IMG/VR virus record: IMGVR_UViG_3300027841_000073
Location: 9,713 to 73,712 of that record
DNA length: 64,000 nt
Strand: one strand, 5' to 3'
Source: a virus
Position 1 is the stretch's first letter, and every line of letters starts with the position of its first letter. A program made the position numbers and the translations under genes. The notes under the pieces were generated by a model. It was not told the DNA's origin and made no database searches. It saw only the letters and a list, made by a program, of their open reading frames with translations. Of the stretch, positions 8,301 through 17,330 are shown in pieces.

Positions 8301-10987
8301 AATACTTTTTCATTAGGTGTTTTTGCAAAATGTTCATCAAGTATTTCTATAATCTTACTTAATTTTGGCGGACGTTTATCATTAATAGATAATAAATTAG
8401 ATAAAGGAGAAGTAGAAGGATCAATTAAAAATCTTTGTATAGGCTGTAATCTTGCTAAATACCAATCGTGAATTTCTTCATCCGGGTTTTCTTCCATATA
8501 TCTATTAAGTTCTTCTTTATCTTCAGGGGAAGCCGACTCTAAACTATTTAAAGTTTTTTCTACAATATCATAATACACTTTCATTTGTGCTTCATTCATT
8601 TCAACCGAATGAAATTTATCTTCGATTTTTGGTAAAATCCAAAACCAATCTTTTCTACTATATGTTATATTACCTAATTGAGATATATCCCTTAATACTT
8701 CTTCATAAGCACCATCTTTAAGAGTATTTGAATACCCCCCTCTTTTACCCGGAAGACAATATTTTTTTCTAAAATCTTTTTCATTACCTAAAACAGAAGG
8801 ATCAAGAAAACCAATTTGTCCTACTAAATCCAAACCCCTTGTAGGGGCTAAAGTACCAGTAGCAATACGTCTAATTTTAATTCCAGAACGTAAAGCGTAA
8901 CAAGCTTGTGTTCTTTGGGAAGATTGTTTCTTTATTTTATGAGCTTCGTCAAGTCCAATATAATCCCATTTATAATTACTTAAAAAATTGACATAGGGGA
9001 ATACATGAGTATTAACACCACCTATTTTAAACTTATTTGATTTTTTAGTTATCCAACTATAAGTAGTAACGAATATGGTATTAGGAGGGGCAGAATTTAT
9101 TTTAGCACCTAATACTTCATCTAATTTTTTAATAACATCATCATCACTAACATCTTTTGGGAATTTTCCTACCCAACTATCTTCCGTATCACTACTTAGT
9201 ATCATACAATTCATTTTCATTTTAGAAAAATTACGAATTTCATTAAACCAGTTAGTAGTTAAACTATCAGGTATAACCAACAAAGGTTTTAATATTTCCC
9301 CTTTACTTAATTTATTTACCATATCCGCCAAAAGCATGAGCGTCTTTCCCCCACCTGTGGCCACCGAAAGTATTGCAGTATCACCGGCAAGATTTAATTT
9401 GGAAATAGCTTCTGCTTGATGGGGAAAATAAGTTATACTTGGATCAAGATTATCAGGAACAACTGGTAAATCATCAATAGTAGCAGAATTTAATTTTTCA
9501 ATCTGTTCTTTAATTTCCGTTTCCAATGCACCTATTTTACCTACTAATTCTTCTCCTAATTTGAATATAGCAATAGTAGAATAACGACGTAAAGGATCAG
9601 CTATTATTTTATACCCTTCTCTTGCATTTAAAAGTATATCGCTTGCGGCTTTAAATAATTTTCTTGCTTTATCTTCCCCTAAATACCTTTCAAAACGTAA
9701 TATTAAATTTTGTAATGACTTAGCAGAATAAGCATTCATTACATTGTATTCATCTTCTGCTATTCCTGCTTTGGATAAAGCTATTTTAAATATTTCATCA
9801 AAACTTTTATTAATATCCAAAGTACCACGTTTCTGTAAAATGGAATCGTATTCGGCTTTGGCAGTATTATATTTTGCTCTATTAGTTAATTCAATAGCCC
9901 CACTAATCAAAAATATAGAAGGTATGCCCTCTTTATTTACATAAGAAAGTAACCCTTGATCCACATTCCAATAAATGATGTCTGATTTAAATTCCAGTTT
10001 TTCTATGTCAAAAGTTTTAGTAGTAACATCATAAGAATCTTCAATTTGTTTCTCAATTATATTTCTTCTGTCAATTTTAGGTAAATATATAACAGCATTA
10101 TTACGTAGCTTTACTATTATGTTGTCCAATTGATTTTTATTTTTAGTAGTAATTTTTTTGGGATTAAAGTAAGGTGTTAAACCTGTTTTATGTAATCCTT
10201 CTTTAGCCCATCCTACTAATGTTTGTGCAATTTTAAATTCTTTTATGGAACTGTTATCACATAATTCTAAAGTTTCAGAAGTATTAAAATAAATAGTTAT
10301 TTTTAAATCCACTAAACCTTGCGTTTGGGATTGAACCCCTTCATATTGAAGCTTATCTAATTCATTTAATAATTTTTCAGTATGGGGTTCCAATATTTCC
10401 ATCATCCTACTTGCGGCGGCATCATCTTTAGCAGTAGAAGTCCATTCACGTTCATCTTCATTAAAAGTAAAAATTAGATTACCTTTTTTAGCTTTACCTC
10501 CTTCAGCTTTCTTGTAAATATTACCTTCTTTATCAAGATAGTACCTAATGTAATTCATTTCAAATGGATACAATCTTGATTTTCTTTTTTCCGCACCCGG
10601 TAAACCTAATGCTGTACTTCTTGAGGTAATATTAATATTTATATTTTTATAATTAATTGATCTTTCATCACCATCTAAAAATTGAGGACCAGAATAAGAA
10701 ATAATTTTTATAGGTTCCTTATTTATAAAGGAAACAATACAAGAATTATCATTTTTTATATCTATATTTTTTAAATCATACTCTACTTCCGCAAATTTTA
10801 TCATGGCATTTGCGCCACCAAATTGTGCTACTATTTCTGGATTTACTTCTTTACTACCTTTTATTAAGAAAGAATTAAAAATCTTAGACAAATTACTAGG
10901 TACTATTTTTTCAACAGTAGTTTCCTTTACAGGTTTAGCCCCCACAAATGTTCTTGCATAAGGTCTGATACCATTAATATTAAACAT
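5333..10987 (-). CDS. Very large SNF2-family helicase/ATPase (1884 aa)
   Basis: PHQ Q-motif, ATGGGKT Walker A, LDEAH, ATGT, EGHNLQ, PW...Q..RIYR. Confidence 0.9.
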   Translation of the reverse strand: MFNINGIRPYARTFVGAKPVKETTVEKIVPSNLSKIFNSFLIKGSKEVNPEIVAQFGGANAMIKFAEVEYDLKNIDIKNDNSCIVSFINKEPIKIISYSGPQFLDGDERSINYKNININITSRSTALGLPGAEKRKSRLYPFEMNYIRYYLDKEGNIYKKAEGGKAKKGNLIFTFNEDEREWTSTAKDDAAASRMMEILEPHTEKLLNELDKLQYEGVQSQTQGLVDLKITIYFNTSETLELCDNSSIKEFKIAQTLVGWAKEGLHKTGLTPYFNPKKITTKNKNQLDNIIVKLRNNAVIYLPKIDRRNIIEKQIEDSYDVTTKTFDIEKLEFKSDIIYWNVDQGLLSYVNKEGIPSIFLISGAIELTNRAKYNTAKAEYDSILQKRGTLDINKSFDEIFKIALSKAGIAEDEYNVMNAYSAKSLQNLILRFERYLGEDKARKLFKAASDILLNAREGYKIIADPLRRYSTIAIFKLGEELVGKIGALETEIKEQIEKLNSATIDDLPVVPDNLDPSITYFPHQAEAISKLNLAGDTAILSVATGGGKTLMLLADMVNKLSKGEILKPLLVIPDSLTTNWFNEIRNFSKMKMNCMILSSDTEDSWVGKFPKDVSDDDVIKKLDEVLGAKINSAPPNTIFVTTYSWITKKSNKFKIGGVNTHVFPYVNFLSNYKWDYIGLDEAHKIKKQSSQRTQACYALRSGIKIRRIATGTLAPTRGLDLVGQIGFLDPSVLGNEKDFRKKYCLPGKRGGYSNTLKDGAYEEVLRDISQLGNITYSRKDWFWILPKIEDKFHSVEMNEAQMKVYYDIVEKTLNSLESASPEDKEELNRYMEENPDEEIHDWYLARLQPIQRFLIDPSTSPLSNLLSINDKRPPKLSKIIEILDEHFAKTPNEKVLILQRYKGKVLQDIMKGLPDNYKKMAIVYSGGMVKNLERFKKDANIKILVGSDESLTEGHNLQVASRMIRLDIPWSSGAVDQVVARIYRPAGRDKETGELKKQRELVTIDWILVDKTLDVLKVRRVMRNMQKNSVLSGIITMEQIPEEFRKLPELKASLDFLRNPVKIDPLTGQEIRNDIPYTIIMSSFKAVEERSLQAFRKVENDEWQKKNDEDPDATKWVEIKTTGETMKGTDTMEVPWPEGLDIPKEDGRVLKDVLEEVDNDYSKLIMYECITEFGKGIITKIKQIKEPELDELGNKTGNMIDSGEFTVLVKILEGDRKGQTVTLPGTKIGVVGDKAIKKDYEDLTGFSIPYVRLQIGSNEYAVVKEQKGNKVAYNLHKLNVDDRLLTINDGGLLAIYKEPDWLGLKTFRKIYFKTDDKAFDKLDRALKTLGYKFKSKGKEKVEPIIEKSKIKQLKTAIITIGGLKAKVDIKGNIATWDKDAKEFKDFAWFYRYNKEKLIGVIRDKETGKKVTRAKVPKLDLLLSKIEEALYNLGYQGDLPEHLKEKEEQVNKARVKEGKDKDQGKIFKKVKHPTGNIMLYYHVYPNGEIYQYLPRTDSEELKLVYSNGTFITPTGRASSYIAKNPKAYKKFIKALTELGFNFGKKSKTVEPEIEPEVEPKKVLKKDILDKLKEKVKKSKKDIGEYYFIKDTFPDHFRLEYDGNVYPIYQDGKRKLDTPEYIYDEERKTWFTQGGRPSNKIKNHHIDMYRWLMKMRKKYADEITEPTPTIDTPDKLIKKSKEPSLQSSTDLKTLIFAGNLGIGIEYEPDSESEILKLAKPLGYDKFEMYRTIATKSKLVLFYKLLKSKKFVMTEKNKDVLMELFEEINKPLNAILRSSILFRKEIYQVHRKNWITDQLYIIPVLIGDVIELWIPAMKEKVIKSIIAELKMYKFKKDSVLINILKNVNEFKNESKELTKTLKVNKIVIKNELDFNLKVDILEKKFKQ

Positions 10988-10998
10988 GCTTTGCTCCT

Positions 10999-11451
10999 TT
11001 ATAGAATAACGTCCTTTTTGAAAGGCTTTATTTTATTTTTTAAACAAATATCATAAAAATATACTATTGCTACTGCCCATTTAGCTTTAGTATTATTACC
11101 ATAGGATTCCATTTTTGATTTTACTTTTTTTTGCTGTACTACTTTGTCCCATACAGGTCTAGCTTTATTGGTAATCCCTACTGGATACAAACCTATATTA
11201 GGTTCCGCTATTCCTAAGATTCTATATAAAAATACATTGTCTATCGCCTGTTTATCCCCACTATAAGTCATTACATAATTTTTAAAAGTAGCAATTAGTC
11301 TCTTTATTCTGTTTTCAGTAGTATCATTTACATGCAATGTGTCAATGGTATTGCTTATTACTTTAAATTTGTTATATAGAAAATCTTTAGGGATATTGCT
11401 ATAATAATTTGTTTCATTTATAGCTTTATCGAAAAAGGTATTCAATTTCAT
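10999..11451 (-). CDS. Hypothetical protein
   Basis: Operonic ORF overlapping the upstream gene. Confidence 0.75.
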   Translation of the reverse strand: MKLNTFFDKAINETNYYSNIPKDFLYNKFKVISNTIDTLHVNDTTENRIKRLIATFKNYVMTYSGDKQAIDNVFLYRILGIAEPNIGLYPVGITNKARPVWDKVVQQKKVKSKMESYGNNTKAKWAVAIVYFYDICLKNKIKPFKKDVIL

Positions 11452-12002
11452 TTTTTCTTTTTGCCTTTCATAGTACTATTCACGGAAACTGTAATCCTGT
11501 TTTCCATATCCCCTATCAAAGTAATAGTAGAAGATTGGTATAATTTTAATATGTCATCGATTATTCTTTGTACCTCTCTCCTTTGTGCTGAATCGCTTAT
11601 TTTTAATGGTAACTGTTCTTTTGTTTGCAATAATGAATTGGAAAGTTTGGATACATATATTTTTAAAGCATTGGTAACTGTATCGTTAAGATTCTTGATT
11701 ATCAAAACAGCATCGACAGAAGTATCTAATTGATCAATCAAACTGCGTATTTCTGAAATAATAGCCGTAACGGAATAAGACGTTTGTTTTTCAGTACCAT
11801 TCTTATACCGTTTAACGGCAATGGGTAACAATTCCTTTACAAGAATTTCCAAAGTATGTTTTAAAGTATCCTTACTACGTAACTTGTTTTTTCTTGTTTT
11901 TAATTTACCGTCCTTATACTCTTTGTTTAAATGTAGTACTTCTGCATGTCGTTTTTCAATTGTGGAAATGCGTCGTTTCTTTACGGGTTTCATTCTACCC
12001 AC
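11448..12002 (-). CDS. Hypothetical helical protein
   Basis: Operonic ORF. Confidence 0.75.
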   Translation of the reverse strand: MGRMKPVKKRRISTIEKRHAEVLHLNKEYKDGKLKTRKNKLRSKDTLKHTLEILVKELLPIAVKRYKNGTEKQTSYSVTAIISEIRSLIDQLDTSVDAVLIIKNLNDTVTNALKIYVSKLSNSLLQTKEQLPLKISDSAQRREVQRIIDDILKLYQSSTITLIGDMENRITVSVNSTMKGKKKK

Positions 12003-12957
12003 GTCTTATATTAGCAAGGTCATTTACTTGCAATACTTTATTTTTGAATCTGTTAAAATCATCATGGACAAGAAATTGGCCTACTATAACAGGACTCATA
12101 CCACTTTCCACAAGTTTAGTACTTACTTTATCGGAAGTAATACCTTTAGTTCTCATAGCCTCTACTTCTTTTTTAAGTTCATAGTAAAACAATTCAGTAT
12201 TATTGGAATTAGCAAGTATTTTTTTAATGAAAAATTTTAAAGAGTCACTTACTACTTCCGCTTTCATTATTTTATGACAGTTAGGGCATACTGTTTTATC
12301 GCTGAATACTTCTGCATGAGAACATTGAGGACATACCATATATTTTTTATTTTCTTCTTTCAAACCAATATTAGGGGGTACTACATTATCCATCCTTATT
12401 CCCATATCTTCCAAATGTAAATCAGGTATTTCACTTTGAAGTTGTTTAATGGCATCCAAAGTATTACTACTTATTTTCTTACTTTCAATGGGAGTCATTA
12501 TTTCATCAACTTCTTTTATAGTAGCAGTAGAAAAATTATTTTTAGCATTTACATATTCACAACATGCTTTTATATGGGCATTAATAGCATTTACTTTTTT
12601 TGTATCTTGATCATTCATTCGAGAATAATTAATTAGAGCTTGTATAACAGCTAAAGGTTGATTTGTAATTATGATTCTATGGATAAAATGACTATTAGGT
12701 ACTTTTTCAAAGTTAGTATTTTCAGCACAACATAAAATCTTAGGTATTTTGGTAAGTACTTCTTGCATATCCTTTGTATTACTGGTAACTACAGACGATG
12801 CATATTTATAAGCATCCTTCCAACCTTTTTTATATTTCTTATAATGCTGTTCTGCTATATCCGCTAATGCTTGTTCATGTATGGCATGTATTTCAAAAAT
12901 TACCTCATTGGGTAATTTATTTTTTTCAGCACTTGCAATGATATCAATCATTGTCAT
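11995..12957 (-). CDS. Hypothetical protein with CxxC/CxxC zinc ribbon
   Basis: CPQC...CPNC; AAGGAG SD. Confidence 0.75.
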   Translation of the reverse strand: MTMIDIIASAEKNKLPNEVIFEIHAIHEQALADIAEQHYKKYKKGWKDAYKYASSVVTSNTKDMQEVLTKIPKILCCAENTNFEKVPNSHFIHRIIITNQPLAVIQALINYSRMNDQDTKKVNAINAHIKACCEYVNAKNNFSTATIKEVDEIMTPIESKKISSNTLDAIKQLQSEIPDLHLEDMGIRMDNVVPPNIGLKEENKKYMVCPQCSHAEVFSDKTVCPNCHKIMKAEVVSDSLKFFIKKILANSNNTELFYYELKKEVEAMRTKGITSDKVSTKLVESGMSPVIVGQFLVHDDFNRFKNKVLQVNDLANIRRG

Positions 12958-13411
12958 TCTCCTTTAATAAATCTTTATTTAAATCTTCGGAATAGACTAT
13001 GCTTTCATTTAAAAAATTATTAGTAAATATAGGAATTAAAAAGGGCTTATAAACAAGATAAATTTTCAAAAGTAAATGATCTTCCAAGTACTCGTATTCT
13101 TCATCGATTAATTTCATTTTTAAATTTTTTTCAAGTTTATTAGCCCTTTTTTCCTTACCTTCAAAGTTCCATGCTTCTACTGCTAAATCTCTTATTACAG
13201 TAGGGACTCTTTTGATTATATAATCCTTATATTTTTCATAATCAGTTTTCAACTGTTTTTCTACTTCTGTATCATATTTTTCTGAATCTTGAATATCAAT
13301 AAACAAACCTTCATATTTAGGTATAAGGTCTACTTCTACCTTTAATAAATGAAGGTTGTTTTCTACTAATTCTTCGATTAATGATATTCTAAAATACGTA
13401 ATTTTTTTCAT
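12944..13411 (-). CDS. Hypothetical protein
   Basis: Operonic ORF. Confidence 0.75.
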   Translation of the reverse strand: MKKITYFRISLIEELVENNLHLLKVEVDLIPKYEGLFIDIQDSEKYDTEVEKQLKTDYEKYKDYIIKRVPTVIRDLAVEAWNFEGKEKRANKLEKNLKMKLIDEEYEYLEDHLLLKIYLVYKPFLIPIFTNNFLNESIVYSEDLNKDLLKENDND

Positions 13412-13702
13412 TTACTTTTTAGCTTTCTTCTTGGCTTCGGCTTCCTTTTTCTTTTTAGCTCTTTCTTTTTCCTTGGCTTTCTTGGCTTTTTCAGCTTCCT
13501 TTTTCTTTTTTGCTTTTTCCTTATCCTTCATTTTCTTATCTCTAATTTTTTGCTTTTTAGCTTGTGCTTCTTTTTGCTTCTTACGTTTTTCCTTAATCTT
13601 TGCTAACTCTTTTTTCTTTTGGTCCGTTGTTTTTTTAAGACTCGACTTCTTCTTGGTATCAGCTTTAATCTTTTTCCCGGTTTTCTTTTTTCCATTAGCC
13701 AT
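13412..13702 (-). CDS. Lysine-rich basic protein (histone H1-like composition)
   Basis: 46 of 96 residues are Lys; KAKKKKEAE repeats; AAGGAG SD. Confidence 0.75.
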   Translation of the reverse strand: MANGKKKTGKKIKADTKKKSSLKKTTDQKKKELAKIKEKRKKQKEAQAKKQKIRDKKMKDKEKAKKKKEAEKAKKAKEKERAKKKKEAEAKKKAKK

Positions 13703-13781
13703 GTCCTTTTTCTCCTTTTGTTTACGTTTCAGTTCTACTACTAAAAAGTACCCATCCTATACAGGTACATACAAAATTATA

Positions 13782-14018
13782 TTATTTTTTCTTAGAAGCT
13801 CTACTCTTTAATACTTTTAAATAACCTTCATAGTCACTAATACTATTATCTAATTTTTTCAAAACATTGAACATTTTTTTAAGTTTTTCTTTATCTTCCC
13901 CGCTTTTTTTAGCGGCAAGATATTTATCTTCCAATACTTTATATTTTTCATTTAAACCCTTTATTTTATCTGTTAATTTATCTATTTTATCTTTAGAACT
14001 ACCCTTACCCTCTTCTTG
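13782..14018 (-). other. 78-codon in-frame continuation after the TAA of 14019..14228
   Basis: Hand translation QEEGKGSSKDKIDKLTDKIKGLNEKY...RASKKK*; no start codon or SD of its own near its 5' end. Confidence 0.6.
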
Positions 14019-14228
14019 TTATTTACCATGTTTTTGAGCATGTTTACTATGGGGATGTTCTTTTATATATGCTTTTTGTTTTGAAGTAGGCAAATCATCT
14101 AACCAATCAGCATTGACCATCCTACGTTTCAAAATCAATGCTTTCTCTTTAGCGGTAATTTGAAAATTACCTAAAGACTTTTTCCTACGTTTTAGGATCA
14201 ATGCTTTTTCTTGTGCTGTAATCTTCAT
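14019..14228 (-). CDS. Double-tagged small protein with W.DDL..Q..YIKEHP.SK module
   Basis: Two tandem tags; paralogue of 14893..15090. Confidence 0.85.
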   Translation of the reverse strand: MKITAQEKALILKRRKKSLGNFQITAKEKALILKRRMVNADWLDDLPTSKQKAYIKEHPHSKHAQKHGK

Positions 14229-14285
14229 TTGTTTTTCTCCATTATATTAATTCAAAAGTAACTTTCAATATAGATACAAAGACTA

Positions 14286-14522
14286 CTAAAAAGTTAATCC
14301 TTTAAGAGAATTAAGAGCAGTTTTATAAATATTTTCGTACATATCCCTATCTTTTTTATCATTAGGTGTCATAGTATATTTTAAACCTACTTTTTTCATA
14401 ATTACTATATAGGCTTTCCATGCGGCATTTGCGGCATTTGTAGCTATAGTCTCTGGATTAAACCCTGCTTTTACTTGTCTACGTTTTAGGATCAATTGTT
14501 TTTCTTGTGCTGTAATCTTCAT
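14286..14522 (-). CDS. Tagged small hypothetical protein
   Basis: MKITAQEKQLILKRRQVKA. Confidence 0.85.
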   Translation of the reverse strand: MKITAQEKQLILKRRQVKAGFNPETIATNAANAAWKAYIVIMKKVGLKYTMTPNDKKDRDMYENIYKTALNSLKGLTF

Positions 14523-14547
14523 TTCAATTCCCCTTTAAATATTTATG

Positions 14548-14892
14548 TTATTTTTTATTTTTACTAACTAATTCTTTATACGTTTCAACTTTCTTTTTAT
14601 AAGCATCTTTTATATCTTTTATTTTTTGTGTCTTATCCTTAATATCTCTTTCTAACTTTAGTTTATCACTACTCCACCCTTCATCTTTTACTTTATCATA
14701 TTTTTCTTTTAAATCTGTTAATTCATCTATATTTTGATGTAAAAAATTTTTAATTGATTTTAACTCATGTTTAGCACTATATAATTCTTTTTTTAATGGG
14801 GGAGCTTTACTATATTTTTCATAATCTTTTAAACTTTTTTCACTTCTTTTTTTATGTTTTTCCACAAGTTCAGATTTATCTATTTTTTTAGC
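14548..14892 (-). other. In-frame coiled-coil continuation after the TAA of 14893..15090 (track ORF 14548..14865)
   Basis: AAA TAA GCT AAA AAA ATA GAT AAA TCT GAA CTT GTG GAA...; same frame, no SD before the GTG. Confidence 0.6.
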
Positions 14893-15090
14893 TTATTTAG
14901 CACGCTTACTATCAGGATGTTCTTTTATATACCTCTCTTGAGCATCCATACTTAAATCATCAAACCAATCAGCATTAACTTTTCTGCGTTTCAAAATAAG
15001 TTGTTTTTCTTTAGCGGTAATTTGAAAATTACCTAAAGACTTTTCCCTACGTTTCAGAATAAGTTGTTTTTCCATAGCTGTAATCTTCAT
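14893..15090 (-). CDS. Double-tagged small protein, paralogue of 14019..14228
   Basis: Shared KSLGNFQITAKEK and W.DDL..Q..YIKEHP.SK. Confidence 0.85.
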   Translation of the reverse strand: MKITAMEKQLILKRREKSLGNFQITAKEKQLILKRRKVNADWFDDLSMDAQERYIKEHPDSKRAK

Positions 15091-15113
15091 TTGTTTTCTC
15101 CCTTATAATTAAA

Positions 15114-15875
15114 TTAGTCTTTCATTTGATTGGATAAATCCTTGCCAAGGTAAAAAGACTGATAATCCATTACTCTCTTTTTACGGTCCTTGGTATCCGC
15201 ACCTTCTTCTGTAATTTCAAGAATAGCGGCTGGCGGACGTTCAAAAGTATTACCAGTACCCTTATCCTTGACAATGCGTGTTCCATCAGGAGTAACATTG
15301 ACAACAGTACCAAACCCAACAGTATTATCAGGTCTAATATAACGTACTTTGTCATTACTTAAAGCAAAAGTAGAAAGAACTATTTCAGAAGTTTGACGGG
15401 TTTTAGGTCCAACACTTACACTAGCCGTCATTTGATTAATGTAATTTTCAATACCATCATCCTGTAAGCGAACAAGGAATGACTTACCATCTACTTCTTC
15501 TACACCCCATTGAACACCAAGATTCTTGTCAAGATAACGATTTTCAGAAAGGGCAATATACCCTTGTGCAATCGCTTCCTGTAAAGGTTTACGCTGTTTA
15601 TTAGACACAACCAAAAAGCTGACAATCGGATACGGCATAGTATCATGGTATCCAATACTTTCAGGCTTAACCCTAAAAGAAGAGTTACCTTGGACAATAG
15701 CCCAATTACGTAAATCTTCATAAGTAGGTTCTTTACCTGCATAAGTAGCAGTAACACGTACAGCACCTTCCGCAATCTTGCTATAATTTACTACTTGAAT
15801 ATCGCGTCTGCAAGGGGCCGCACCAACTTTTTCACTCACTCTTGCCAAAATACGATCACCAATACTTGTTTTCAT
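15114..15875 (-). CDS. Putative virion structural protein
   Basis: Strong SD (GGGAGG), CGT/GGT-type codon usage like sheath and tube genes, late region. Confidence 0.55.
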   Translation of the reverse strand: MKTSIGDRILARVSEKVGAAPCRRDIQVVNYSKIAEGAVRVTATYAGKEPTYEDLRNWAIVQGNSSFRVKPESIGYHDTMPYPIVSFLVVSNKQRKPLQEAIAQGYIALSENRYLDKNLGVQWGVEEVDGKSFLVRLQDDGIENYINQMTASVSVGPKTRQTSEIVLSTFALSNDKVRYIRPDNTVGFGTVVNVTPDGTRIVKDKGTGNTFERPPAAILEITEEGADTKDRKKRVMDYQSFYLGKDLSNQMKD

Positions 15876-15896
15876 TTTTCTTTCCTCCCTGTTAAA

Positions 15897-16199
15897 TTAA
15901 TCGTTACCGATTTTCAATTTAAGTTTATCTATTGTTTCAATTGCAAGATGCATATCTTTTTCCAATTTTGTTCTTTGTTGAATGATGGGTTTCATCAAAT
16001 TTTGAATTTGTTTTAGTAAATCTTCATGGAACTTTGTTTGAGCAAACTTATTTGCTTTATCCATAAGTTTAGTAAATTGATCTAACCCATGGATTGACTG
16101 ACTCAATAAAGCATTGTATTCCCCAATATCATTACTTTCATTTGAATGAATTTTACGCCTTTTTAAAATTAGTTGTTTTTCTTGTGCTGTAATCTTCAT
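15897..16199 (-). CDS. Tagged coiled-coil protein
   Basis: MKITAQEKQLILKRRKIHS. Confidence 0.85.
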   Translation of the reverse strand: MKITAQEKQLILKRRKIHSNESNDIGEYNALLSQSIHGLDQFTKLMDKANKFAQTKFHEDLLKQIQNLMKPIIQQRTKLEKDMHLAIETIDKLKLKIGND

Positions 16200-16260
16200 T
16201 CGTTTTATCCTTTATAAATAGCTAAATCCTAATATAGTATTACAAGTACAAAAATTATTG

Positions 16261-16596
16261 TTAAAGTTTTTCAATAGAGAATAAAGTTTTATTTTTCTTA
16301 AATTGAATATATTTACCTTCTTTAATTACTTTTACTTTATCAAATTCATCTAAAGTAATATCAAAAATACCACTTGGTAATTTCATAATAAGTTGTAATT
16401 CCCCTGCATCCCCTTCAATTTTAAATTTACCTTGTACTTCTACAGTAAAGTATAAAGGATCATTACTTTCAAATAAAAATCTTACAGGAACATTTTCAAA
16501 AGATTCTATTATTTTTCTACCTTTACTTTTATCATCCTCTGCTACTGCTTTCCTATGATTTAAAATAAAATTTGCTTCTGCTTTAGTAATCTTCAT
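16261..16596 (-). CDS. Hypothetical protein with degenerate tag
   Basis: MKITKAEANFILNHRKAVA. Confidence 0.8.
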   Translation of the reverse strand: MKITKAEANFILNHRKAVAEDDKSKGRKIIESFENVPVRFLFESNDPLYFTVEVQGKFKIEGDAGELQLIMKLPSGIFDITLDEFDKVKVIKEGKYIQFKKNKTLFSIEKL

Positions 16597-16608
16597 TCGT
16601 TTTCTCCT

Positions 16609-16965
16609 TTATAAATAGGTATCCAGACCCGTTACATCCGTAAATACTTTTTGCAAATCATCCGCATAAATACCTTCCTGCTTTTTTACTATTTTAAAAT
16701 CGAATTTTTTTACTTTATAAAAAGCCATACCATATGTATCGGAAGGTGTAAGAATTATTTTAACATGGTTAATACCTTTTGGATTCTTTCCTATTTTAAA
16801 ACTTAAACTTCCATCACTATCAAAAACTAAATTTTTTGCACCTGTCATAGTGATGAATTTATTACCACCCAATTGTTGTAAAATAGTATTAGCAATTTGT
16901 CTTGCATCTGCTACTATCTTACGTCTTTTTAAAACATATTGTTTTTCTTGTACTGTAATTTTCAT
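16609..16965 (-). CDS. Tagged phage protein (ILQQLGG..F..MTGA family)
   Basis: MKITVQEKQYVLKRRKIVA, then a domain I recall as widespread in phages, function unknown. Confidence 0.8.
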   Translation of the reverse strand: MKITVQEKQYVLKRRKIVADARQIANTILQQLGGNKFITMTGAKNLVFDSDGSLSFKIGKNPKGINHVKIILTPSDTYGMAFYKVKKFDFKIVKKQEGIYADDLQKVFTDVTGLDTYL

Positions 16966-16966
16966 T

Positions 16967-17290
16967 TTATATATTCTTTTTAAAGTATTTTTCTAATTCT
17001 TCATTAGCTCCTGTAATTTCCTTATTAATGGTATCTAAATTATCTTCTATTAAATTAGAATTTTTTTGAAGAGATTTAATAGCTTCTTTAATTGTTTGAT
17101 ACGTATTATCCATTAATTCATCTTTTATCTTTACTAATAATTGTGCTAACCTTTCTACTTTGGTATCAAAATCTGAATAATATAATTCCTTTACAATTTT
17201 CAACATCAATTTATGATTTGCTAAAACATCTTCAGCTTTTACTTCCCTACGTTTTAAAATCAAGGCTTTTTCTTGTGCTGTGATTTTCAT
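16967..17290 (-). CDS. Tagged coiled-coil protein
   Basis: MKITAQEKALILKRREVKA. Confidence 0.85.
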   Translation of the reverse strand: MKITAQEKALILKRREVKAEDVLANHKLMLKIVKELYYSDFDTKVERLAQLLVKIKDELMDNTYQTIKEAIKSLQKNSNLIEDNLDTINKEITGANEELEKYFKKNI

Positions 17291-17310
17291 TTGTTTCTCC
17301 TTTTTTGTAT

Positions 17311-17322
17311 AAATACATATAC
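17311..17322 (-). promoter_or_regulatory. Candidate late promoter GTATATGTATTT
   Basis: About 10 nt upstream of the AAGGAG SD of 16967..17290. Confidence 0.5.
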
Positions 17323-17330
17323 TATTTTAA

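Noticed and set aside
13782-14895. Genome-wide stop-codon reassignment to explain the in-frame TAA codons
   Set aside because: TAA, TAG and TGA all end genes normally elsewhere, long genes are intact in code 11, and no suppressor tRNA is present in the window.
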